Below, one piece after another: positions 23,061 to 30,240 of a stretch of DNA of 55,811 nt. Made by a program: the position numbers and the translations under genes. The stretch is from Burkholderiales bacterium (GTDB taxonomy: Bacteria; Pseudomonadota; Gammaproteobacteria; Burkholderiales; SG8-39). Each line of letters begins with the position of its first letter. Positions within the stretch are counted from its first letter, which is position 1. The notes beneath the pieces are model-generated. The model was not told the DNA's origin, made no database searches, and was given only the letters and a program-made list of their open reading frames with translations. Location of the stretch: positions 1-55,811 of the forward strand of contig DASPRB010000232.1 of the NCBI GenBank assembly GCA_035624675.1. Reading direction: 5' to 3'.

Positions 23061-23732
23061 TTAATTCTCATTAAGGCGTTTCCGCCCCCGGTTTATATCC
23101 CCTTTACCGGGGGCTTTTTTATTTTCGACAGCGTGGCGGGCGTCGCGCAGCCAGCGTTCGAGCAGCGCACGCACTTCGTCAACGCCTTCGCGGGTGAGAC
23201 TGGAAATCAGGCGCAACTCGCTCCCGGGTGCGCAGGCCGTGAGCCGGCGCCGGCCCTCAGCGAGCGCCGCAACACGCTCCCGGCGGGAGAGCTTGTCGGA
23301 CTTGGACAACAGTACGAGCAGCCTGACGCCGAGCGGCGCGAGCCATTTCAGGAGACCTATATCCTGCGGCGTGAACGGATGGCGCGCATCCATGATCACC
23401 ACCGCTGCCGCAAGCGACGCGCGCGCTCTCAGGTAGCCGCCGACCAGCGCGTCCCACTGCGTTCGCACTGGCTCGGGCACCCGTGCATAGCCGTATCCGG
23501 GCAGATCGACCAGCCGTCCGATCGCGCCCAGGTCATAGAAATTGATCGTCTGCGTGCGCCCTGGAGTCTTGCTCACGAACGCCAGCCGCCGACGTCCCGT
23601 AAGCGCGTTGATCGCGCTCGACTTGCCCACGTTGGAACGGCCCGCGAAGACGACCTCAGGCGGACCCTCGGCCGGAAGCTGGTCGAGCGTAGCCGCGGAA
23701 ACGGCGAACGAAGCCTGTGAAAACGCGCTCAT
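23061..23732 (-). CDS. engB: Ribosome-biogenesis GTPase EngB/YihA.
   Basis: VVFAGRSNVGKSSAINAL (G1), VDLPGYGYA (G3) and LSKSDKL (G4). It is the only credible part of the 865-aa ORF 23061..25658. The ATG at 23730-23732 is in frame. Confidence 0.9.
   Translation of the reverse strand: MSAFSQASFAVSAATLDQLPAEGPPEVVFAGRSNVGKSSAINALTGRRRLAFVSKTPGRTQTINFYDLGAIGRLVDLPGYGYARVPEPVRTQWDALVGGYLRARASLAAAVVIMDARHPFTPQDIGLLKWLAPLGVRLLVLLSKSDKLSRRERVAALAEGRRRLTACAPGSELRLISSLTREGVDEVRALLERWLRDARHAVENKKAPGKGDINRGRKRLNEN
23084..23125 (+). terminator. Terminator-like hairpin plus T-run on the plus strand, embedded in the last codons of minus-strand engB.
   Basis: GCCCCCGGT / ACCGGGGGC is a perfect 9-bp stem with a 13-nt loop, followed by TTTTTTATTTT. 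There is no plus-strand gene upstream. Confidence 0.5.
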
Positions 23733-23801
23733 ATTCAGTCGTATGAGCCGGGAATTGTAATAAAATTGCCCGCTTTGACCGGGAACCGAGGGAGTAGGCG
23801 A

Positions 23802-24437
23802 ATGATTCGAGTACTGGCGGCGAGCGTTGGCGTGGCCCTGCTTTCGGCGGGCGCGGCGTTCGCCCAGAATGGCGCGAAGGCCGATCTCGCCAAGGGCCAG
23901 CAGATTGCCACGACGGTCTGCGCGGCATGCCACGGCCCGGACGGCAACAGCGTTGCCCCCGCAAACCCGAAGCTCGCGGCGCAGTTCCCGGAATACCTGT
24001 ACAGGCAACTGAGCAATTTCAAGTCGCAAGACGGCGAGAAGCCGCTGCGCGAGAACGCGATCATGAACGGCATGGTCGCCAATCTTTCGGACGGCGACAT
24101 GCAGGCCGTCGCGGCATACTTCGCAGGCCAGACGCTGCGCCCCGATTGGGCGCACGACAAGGACCTCGCGGCGCTGGGGCAGAAGCTGTATCGCGGCGGC
24201 AACCTGCAGAGCGGCGTGCCGGCTTGCGCGGGCTGTCATGGCCCGACGGGCGCCGGCAATCCCATTCAATATCCCCGCATCGCCGGCCAATTCGCGGACT
24301 ACGTCGAGACACAGCTGAAGGCGTTTCGTGCGGGTACGCGCGCCAATGATCCCAACGGCATGATGCGCGGCGTCGCAGCGCACCTGACCGACGACGAGAT
24401 CAAGGGACTCGCGCAGTACGTCGCGGGCCTGCGCTAG
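23802..24437 (+). CDS. Dihaem cytochrome c4.
   Basis: Signal peptide MIRVLAASVGVALLSAGAAFA and two CxxCH sites (CAACH, CAGCH). The divergent pairing with engB is classical. GAGGGAG Shine-Dalgarno. Confidence 0.9.
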   Translation: MIRVLAASVGVALLSAGAAFAQNGAKADLAKGQQIATTVCAACHGPDGNSVAPANPKLAAQFPEYLYRQLSNFKSQDGEKPLRENAIMNGMVANLSDGDMQAVAAYFAGQTLRPDWAHDKDLAALGQKLYRGGNLQSGVPACAGCHGPTGAGNPIQYPRIAGQFADYVETQLKAFRAGTRANDPNGMMRGVAAHLTDDEIKGLAQYVAGLR

Positions 24438-24485
24438 CCGAAGACTGCGCTGCGCGGGCGGGCGGGGCCTCGGACTTCGCAGCCC

Positions 24486-25859
24486 ATGTTCGATCTGCTG
24501 GTCATCGGGTCGGGCCCGGGCGGCTACCGGGCGGCGGTGCTGGCCGCGCAGCGGGGACTGTCCGTCGCGATCGCCGAGAAGGATTCCTGGGGCGGCGCCT
24601 GCCTGAACCGCGGCTGCGTGCCCAAAAGGGACTGGTATCACACCGCGCGCATCGCGCGCGCCGCCGAGGCCTTTGCCGCACGCGGCCTGCTTGCGACGCT
24701 GCAGGCGGACCCCGAGGCAGCGTGGCGACACCAGCGCGTGGTGGTGGAGACCGTGCGCGCGAGCTACCTCGACTACCTCGCACGCCTTGGTGTGAAGCGC
24801 CTTGCGGGCGCCGCGCGCTTCGTGGACCGCGAGCGCGTTGCGCTCGGCGATGAGGTCGTCGCGGCGCGGAACTTCGTGCTCGCGACTGGCTCGCGCCCCC
24901 AGCTCCCCGAAACGTTGCGCGGTGTGCCGCGCGTCCTCACTACGGACGAGCTGTTCGAGGCTCCGCTGCCCGCCGGAAGACGCATCGCGCTGCTCGGCAG
25001 CGGCACCGTCGGCACGGAGATGGCCTTCATCCTGCCGCGCCTTGGCTTCGAAGTGCTGTGGCTGACCGGCCACGAGCCGCTCGCGCGCGCGCATTTCAGC
25101 GCCACGGCGCGCAAGCGGCTGCGCGATGCCCTCGCCGCGCAGGGCATGCGTGCGCGCACCGATAGTCGGCCGGAGCGTGTGCACTCGGATGGCGACGGTG
25201 TGGTGCTGGAGCTGCGCGGCGGCGTGCGCGAACGGTTCGACTGGGTGCTGGCGGGCACGGGGCGTCGGCCCAATACCGATGCGCTTGGACTCGAGCTCGC
25301 GGGCGTGCGCACGACCCCCGACGGATTCATCGTCGTCGACGACGCGCAGCGTACCTCGGCGAGCCATGTCTTCGCGATCGGCGACTGCGCAAATCCCGCG
25401 ATGACCGCGAATCACGCGCTTGCAGAGGCCACCGTCGCGGTGGCGAATATCGTCCGCGCGGGAGCGCGGCGCAGCGAGCGCGCCTGGGTGCCGGAGGTGA
25501 TCTACTCCGCACTCGAGCTCGCGCGCGCAGGCGCAAGCGAAGACGAGCTCGACTACGCGGACACGGAATACGCGGTCGGCTTCTCGGCGTTCGCTGTCAA
25601 TCCGGCGGCGCTCGGGGAGGACGAGCCCGAGGGCTACGTGCGCCTGCTGGTCGCGCAAGACGCCGGCTCGCTGCTAGGCTGCGAGATCGTGGGAGCGTCG
25701 GCAGGCGAGCTCATCCATCTCGCCGACCCGGGAAGCGCACCCATGCCTTTGCTCGAACGTCTGGCGCGAATCTCTTTCAATCATCCGAGTCGCAGCGAAG
25801 AGTTCTTGAACGCGGCGGAAACGCTCGTCGCATCCTGGGGTATGCGGGCGCCGCTCTGA
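24486..25859 (+). CDS. Class I pyridine nucleotide-disulfide oxidoreductase (dihydrolipoyl dehydrogenase / glutathione reductase-like).
   Basis: GSGPGG dinucleotide fold, redox-active CLNRGCVP, and a C-terminal HPSRSEE His-Glu dyad region. No signal peptide. Confidence 0.85.
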   Translation: MFDLLVIGSGPGGYRAAVLAAQRGLSVAIAEKDSWGGACLNRGCVPKRDWYHTARIARAAEAFAARGLLATLQADPEAAWRHQRVVVETVRASYLDYLARLGVKRLAGAARFVDRERVALGDEVVAARNFVLATGSRPQLPETLRGVPRVLTTDELFEAPLPAGRRIALLGSGTVGTEMAFILPRLGFEVLWLTGHEPLARAHFSATARKRLRDALAAQGMRARTDSRPERVHSDGDGVVLELRGGVRERFDWVLAGTGRRPNTDALGLELAGVRTTPDGFIVVDDAQRTSASHVFAIGDCANPAMTANHALAEATVAVANIVRAGARRSERAWVPEVIYSALELARAGASEDELDYADTEYAVGFSAFAVNPAALGEDEPEGYVRLLVAQDAGSLLGCEIVGASAGELIHLADPGSAPMPLLERLARISFNHPSRSEEFLNAAETLVASWGMRAPL

Positions 25860-25926
25860 GCGGGGCGGAATAAGTTGCCCCGTCCGCTTGTTTACGGGCT
25901 AGTTGCATCGACCCAGGGAGAATCCG

Positions 25927-26310
25927 ATGAGCAGGCGTTTAAAAGTCACGATTGCCGCGGGGCTGATCGCGCTCGCGGCGGGCTGCGCGAGCATGGGCAA
26001 TCCGGCCGACGTGCGCGTCGCCGAAAGCGTGCTGACCGACAAAGCCGGCATGACGTTGTACACCTTCGATAACGATCCAACGGGCGGCGGCAAGAGCAAC
26101 TGCAACGGGCCCTGCGCGCAGAACTGGCCGCCGCTCGCGGCCGATGCGGACGCCTCCCCGAGCGGCGACTGGACGATCGTCACCCGCCAGGACGGCAGCC
26201 GGCAGTGGGCCTACAAGGGCAAGCCGCTCTACCGCTGGATCAAGGACGAGAAACCGGGCGACAAGTCGGGCGACGGATTCCGCGGCATCTGGCACGTGGC
26301 GCGGACGTAA
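25927..26310 (+). CDS. Small lipoprotein with two Y-x-(F/W/Y)-x-x-D repeats (COG4315-type secreted repeat protein).
   Basis: Lipobox LAAGC, and repeats MTLYTFDND and PLYRWIKDE with the intervening CNGPCAQNWPP. AGGGAG Shine-Dalgarno before the ATG at 25927. Confidence 0.8.
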   Translation: MSRRLKVTIAAGLIALAAGCASMGNPADVRVAESVLTDKAGMTLYTFDNDPTGGGKSNCNGPCAQNWPPLAADADASPSGDWTIVTRQDGSRQWAYKGKPLYRWIKDEKPGDKSGDGFRGIWHVART

Positions 26311-26342
26311 CCGCGCGCGCCGCCGCCCTGAAGCGCGCGCGG
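26311..26342 (+). other. GC-rich stem-loop between the lipoprotein gene and the ECF sigma gene.
   Basis: CCGCGCGCGC / GCGCGCGCGG is a perfect 10-bp stem with a 12-nt loop. No T-run follows, so it is not a canonical terminator. Confidence 0.5.
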
Positions 26343-26354
26343 GATAATGGCTGC

Positions 26355-26855
26355 ATGGCGGAACGGCATGCAATCGTCGAGCTGATCCCGCGCCTGCGTC
26401 GCTACGCGCGCGCGCTGGTGGGCGATCGCGCTACAGCCGACGACCTGGTGCAGGACACGCTCGAGCGCGCGTTGATTAAGTTTCATCTGTACCGCGAAGG
26501 CACGGACCTGCGCGCGTGGCTGTTTACCGTCATGCACAACGTGCACGTCAATCGGCTGCGCGCGGCGCGCGGCACCGATCCGCTCGACGAGGAGATGCCG
26601 GAGATGGCGCAACGCGGCACCCAGGGCGACGCGCTCGCTCTGCGCGATCTGAATCGGGCGATCGTGCGTCTGCCTGACGAGCAGCGCGAGGTTCTTCTGC
26701 TCGTGGCGCTGGAACACATGAGCTACGATGACGTCGCGCGCACGCTGGGAATCCCGATCGGCACGGTCATGTCGCGCCTATCGCGCGCTCGCGAGAAGCT
26801 GCGTGCGATGATGTTCGGCCTGCCGGCAACCACGAAGCTGAAGGTCGTCAAGTGA
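26355..26855 (+). CDS. ECF-type RNA polymerase sigma-70 family factor.
   Basis: Region 2 (ADDLVQDTLERAL, RAWLFTVMHN) and region 4 HTH (SYDDVARTLGIPIGTVMSRLSRAREKL). The internal ATG at 26355 is chosen, because the ORF-track start at 26205 overlaps the lipoprotein gene. Confidence 0.9.
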   Translation: MAERHAIVELIPRLRRYARALVGDRATADDLVQDTLERALIKFHLYREGTDLRAWLFTVMHNVHVNRLRAARGTDPLDEEMPEMAQRGTQGDALALRDLNRAIVRLPDEQREVLLLVALEHMSYDDVARTLGIPIGTVMSRLSRAREKLRAMMFGLPATTKLKVVK

Positions 26856-26864
26856 GGCGAGGCG

Positions 26865-27668
26865 ATGACGTCGAATCAACCCGTCACTGAAGCCGATCTG
26901 CAGGCGTACGCCGACGAACGCCTCGCAGACGCGCGTCGGGCGGAAGTCGAGGCGTGGCTCGCGACGCGCCCGGAAGACGCTGAGCGCATCGCGGGCTATC
27001 GCGCGCAACGTGACATGTTGCATGCCTTGTACGATCCGGTGCTGGACGAGCCCGTGCCAGAAAGGCTGCGCGCGGCGATGCGCGGAGGAGGACGCTCACG
27101 CGCCATCGCCCGCGTGGCAGGCTGGGTCGCGCTCGGAGCAGCGCTTGGGGTATTGGCGGGCTGGCAACTGCGCGCCTTGCAGGCGCCGGTGCGCGTGGCG
27201 CAGGGCGAGGGCATGTCGATGGCGCGTCGCGCCGCGGTCGCGCACGTGACGTATTCGCCCGAAATCCGCCACCCCGTGGAGGTCGGCGCCGATCAGGAGG
27301 CGCATCTGGTCGCCTGGCTGTCAAAGCGGCTCGGCGCACCGTTACACGTGCCGGTGCTGGACCGAGCCGGATTGAAGCTCGTGGGTGGGCGCCTCTTGCC
27401 GGGCGACGGCGATCCGGCGACCGGCGTCAACCCCGCGCCGGTGGCGCAGTTCATGTATCAGGGCGCGAAGGGACAGCGTGTGACGCTCTACGTGCGCATT
27501 GAGGCGGCAGACCACCGCGACACGGCATTTCGCTTCGCGCGCGAGGGCGGCGTGCGGGTGTTCTACTGGATCGATCGCAACTTCGGCTATGCGCTGTCCA
27601 CCTCCGACCTTGATCGATCCGAGTTGCTAAATGTGGCGAATCTGGTCTACAAGCAGCTGAATCCCTGA
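26865..27668 (+). CDS. Single-pass transmembrane anti-sigma factor.
   Basis: It lies directly after the ECF sigma gene. It has an N-terminal anti-sigma-like helix region (DLQAYADERL..VEAWLATRPEDAERI), one TM segment (IARVAGWVALGAALGVLAGW), and a C-terminal periplasmic domain of about 150 aa. It contains no cysteine. Confidence 0.8.
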   Translation: MTSNQPVTEADLQAYADERLADARRAEVEAWLATRPEDAERIAGYRAQRDMLHALYDPVLDEPVPERLRAAMRGGGRSRAIARVAGWVALGAALGVLAGWQLRALQAPVRVAQGEGMSMARRAAVAHVTYSPEIRHPVEVGADQEAHLVAWLSKRLGAPLHVPVLDRAGLKLVGGRLLPGDGDPATGVNPAPVAQFMYQGAKGQRVTLYVRIEAADHRDTAFRFAREGGVRVFYWIDRNFGYALSTSDLDRSELLNVANLVYKQLNP

Positions 27669-27704
27669 CGCGCTGCTGAAAGGCGCCGCGCGTATCATCG
27701 GGCT

Positions 27705-27730
27705 GTAAGTTCGCGACGATTCCGCGCGAC
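27705..27730 (+). promoter_or_regulatory. Candidate ECF-type promoter GTAAGT-N16-CGAC upstream of msrP.
   Basis: The hexamer at 27705-27710 and the CGAC at 27727-27730 lie 24-49 nt upstream of the msrP ATG, with an AAGGAG Shine-Dalgarno between them. This is pattern resemblance only. Confidence 0.25.
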
Positions 27731-27753
27731 TCAATGCGGCAAGGAGACTGCCC

Positions 27754-28716
27754 ATGCTGATCCGCAAGCCTTCTGATATCACGCCTTCGGAGATCACGCC
27801 GCGATCGGTATACCTGCGCCGCCGAGACTTTCTCAGGCAGGCGGTTGCGCTGGGTCTGCTCGCGCCGTTGCTGCCCGGGGAGGCGCAGGCCGGCACGGCG
27901 CAGAAGCTGCCCGCCCGGCCAGGTCCGTTCGGCACCATCGAAAAACCGACACCGTACAAGGACGTCACCAGCTACAACAACTTCTACGAGTTCGGCACGA
28001 GCAAGAGCGACCCTGCCGAATATGCAGGCAAATTGCGCACGCGCCCCTGGACGGTCGTGGTCGAAGGCGAGGTGCTCAAACCGCGCAGTTTCGACATCGA
28101 CGAGCTGCTGAAGCTCGCGCCGATGGAGGAGCGCATCTATCGTCACCGCTGCGTGGAAGCCTGGTCCATGGTGATGCCGTGGATCGGCTACCCCCTGTCG
28201 AATCTGCTGCGCGCGGTGCAGCCTACGGGCAAGGCAAAGTACGTCGAATTCGTCACCCTGCTCGACCCGGCGCAGATGCCGGGGCAGAGCGACCCGGTGC
28301 TGGAATGGCCCTACCGCGAAGGACTGCGAATGGACGAGGCGATGCATCCGCTCGCGCTGCTGACGTTCGGCCTGTACGGCGAGGTGCTGCCGAACCAAAG
28401 CGGCGCACCGCTGCGCATGGTCATTCCCTGGAAATACGGCTTCAAGGGAGCGAAGTCGATCGTGCGCATTCGTCTGGTCGAGCAGCAGCCCGTTACTTCG
28501 TGGATGCGCGCCGTGCCCGACTGGTACGGGTTCTACTCGAACGTCAATCCCAACGTCAGCCCGCAGAACTGGAGCCAGGCGACGGAGCGGCGCATCGGAG
28601 AGGGCGGAGCCTTCGGCGGGTTGTTCGCGCCGCGCATACCGACGAAGATGTTCAATGGGTACGGCGAGCAGGTGGCTCAGCTGTACGCGGGCATGGATCT
28701 CACCAAAGACTTCTGA
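27754..28716 (+). CDS. msrP: Protein-methionine-sulfoxide reductase catalytic subunit (molybdopterin, YedY).
   Basis: Tat signal [34 protein letters not shown] and [12 protein letters not shown] are typical YedY/MsrP blocks. Confidence 0.92.
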   Translation: MLIRKPSDITPSEITPRSVYLRRRDFLRQAVALGLLAPLLPGEAQAGTAQKLPARPGPFGTIEKPTPYKDVTSYNNFYEFGTSKSDPAEYAGKLRTRPWTVVVEGEVLKPRSFDIDELLKLAPMEERIYRHRCVEAWSMVMPWIGYPLSNLLRAVQPTGKAKYVEFVTLLDPAQMPGQSDPVLEWPYREGLRMDEAMHPLALLTFGLYGEVLPNQSGAPLRMVIPWKYGFKGAKSIVRIRLVEQQPVTSWMRAVPDWYGFYSNVNPNVSPQNWSQATERRIGEGGAFGGLFAPRIPTKMFNGYGEQVAQLYAGMDLTKDF

Positions 28717-28720
28717 GCGC

Positions 28721-29449
28721 GTGCCGCGAGGACCAGCGTCCGTGCGTCAGGCCGCGACGAGCGCAATTGCGTCACCGAGCCCGCGCGCGGCCGCGGCGAG
28801 CGGCACGCTGCGCCTGCGGCGCGCGATATTGCAGTCGCGCTGGTTCAAGCCGGCGCTGTTCGTGCTCTGCCTGATGCCGCTGGCGTCGCTGATATGGCGC
28901 GCGTTCGCGGTGCAGCTCGGGCCCAACCCGGAGCAGACGCTGATCTGGACCACCGGGCTCTGGACATTGCGCTTCCTGCTGTTCACGCTCGCAGTCACGC
29001 CGCTACGCAGGCTGACGGGATGGGCCGAGCTCGCACGCTTCCGGCGCATGCTTGGGCTGTACGCCTTCGGCTACGCAACGCTGCATTTCACCTGCTATCT
29101 GTGGCTCACCAACAATTTCAGCCTGGACGCGGTGGCGAAGGACGTAGTGAAGCATCCATTCGTGCTCGCGGGAATGACTGCGCTCACGCTGATGATCCCG
29201 CTGGCCGCGACCTCCACCAACCGCATGGCCAAGCGCCTGGGCGCAAAGCGCTGGCAGGCCCTGCACAGGCTGGTGTATCTGGTCGCCGTAGTGGCCGTAT
29301 TTCACTTCTGGTGGTTCAAGCTGGCCAAGAACAATACCGGCGAACCCAAGCTCTACGCCGTGCTGTTCGGGCTGCTGCTCGGCTATCGACTGGCCAAGGC
29401 GCTGCAGGCGCGCACGGAGCGCACCCGCGCGCTCAGGCCCGGCGGATGA
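28721..29449 (+). CDS. msrQ: Protein-methionine-sulfoxide reductase haem-binding membrane subunit (YedZ).
   Basis: Multi-TM protein with conserved His residues (YATLHFTCYLW, LHRLVYLVAVVAVFHFWW), immediately after msrP. The start is uncertain: GTG at 28721, GTG at 28742 and TTG at 28829 are all in frame. The ORF-track start at 28655 overlaps msrP. Confidence 0.8.
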   Translation: MPRGPASVRQAATSAIASPSPRAAAASGTLRLRRAILQSRWFKPALFVLCLMPLASLIWRAFAVQLGPNPEQTLIWTTGLWTLRFLLFTLAVTPLRRLTGWAELARFRRMLGLYAFGYATLHFTCYLWLTNNFSLDAVAKDVVKHPFVLAGMTALTLMIPLAATSTNRMAKRLGAKRWQALHRLVYLVAVVAVFHFWWFKLAKNNTGEPKLYAVLFGLLLGYRLAKALQARTERTRALRPGG

Positions 29450-30236
29450 CGTAGCCGCCGGACTTTTCGTCGCGCTCGAGCGCGACGAGCTTGCGCTTTT
29501 CGGCCTCCTCGAGCAGGTCGGAGAAGGCGCGGAAGCCGTAGTAGGACTCGTTGAAGCCGGGCTTCCTGCGCTTGAGCGTCTGCTTGACCATCGAGCCCCA
29601 GATCTTCTCGCTCTCGCCGCGCTCGGCGATCAGCGCATCGACCGTCTCGAGCAACAGCTCCATCGCCTCCTGCTGTTTTTCGTCACCTTCCGCAGGTTCT
29701 TTGACGTTGGCCGCGGGCCGTGCCTCTTTCCTCTTGCGCGCCGCGCGCCGCTTCACCTCTTCCTCGCGCACGAGGTCGTCGTAGTAGATGAATTCGTCGC
29801 AATTGGCAATGAGCAGGTCGGAGGTCGAATTCTTCACCCCGACGCCGATCACCACCTTGGCGTTTTCGCGCAGCTTGGAAACGAGCGGCGAGAAGTCCGA
29901 ATCGCCGCTGATGATCACGAACGTGTCGACGTGGGACTTGGTGTAGCACAAGTCCAGCGCGTCGACGACCATGCGGATGTCCGCCGAATTCTTACCGGAT
30001 TGCCGCAAGTGAGGAATCTCGATCAGCTCGAACGAGGCGCCGTGCATCGCCGACTTGAATTCCTTGTAGCGCTCCCAGTCGCAGTACGCCTTCTTGACCA
30101 CGATGCTGCCCTTGAGCAACAGGCGCTCGAGCACGCGGCTGATGTCGAACTGCGCGTACTTGGCGTCGCGCACGCCGAGGGCAATGTTCTCAAAATCGCA
30201 GAACAGCGCCATGTTGCGGGTTTCCTGGGCGGCCAT
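29433..30236 (-). CDS. NYN-domain (PIN-like predicted RNase) protein with a C-terminal OST-HTH/LOTUS domain.
   Basis: N-terminal ALFCDFENI...KAYCDW...NSADIRMVVDAL...FVIISGDSDFSPLVSKLRE matches the LabA/limkain-b1-type NYN pattern. A charged linker follows, then a helical tail of about 70 aa (WGSMVKQTLKRRKPGFNESYYGFRAFSDLLEEA) typical of OST-HTH. Confidence 0.8.
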   Translation of the reverse strand: MAAQETRNMALFCDFENIALGVRDAKYAQFDISRVLERLLLKGSIVVKKAYCDWERYKEFKSAMHGASFELIEIPHLRQSGKNSADIRMVVDALDLCYTKSHVDTFVIISGDSDFSPLVSKLRENAKVVIGVGVKNSTSDLLIANCDEFIYYDDLVREEEVKRRAARKRKEARPAANVKEPAEGDEKQQEAMELLLETVDALIAERGESEKIWGSMVKQTLKRRKPGFNESYYGFRAFSDLLEEAEKRKLVALERDEKSGGYVIRRA

Positions 30237-30240
30237 CTTG

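Noticed and set aside
23733-25658. Upstream 640-codon extension of the engB ORF (ORF 23061..25658, 865 aa).
   Set aside because: Only the last 223 codons look like EngB. The extension is antisense to cytochrome c4 and the disulfide reductase and has no recognisable domains.
25861-25896. A TAAGTT hexamer upstream of the lipoprotein gene, as a possible second ECF promoter matching the one before msrP.
   Set aside because: It sits in the loop of a CGGGGC/GCCCCG hairpin that more likely ends the preceding reductase transcript. There is no CGAC/CGAA-like -10 element at the right spacing.
26346-26357. Exact 12-nt repeat AATGGCTGCATG spanning the start codons of the ECF sigma gene and of the SDR gene (18126-18137).
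   Set aside because: My rough estimate is that 12-mer coincidences are expected many times by chance in a 56-kb window. There is no extended similarity around the two copies.
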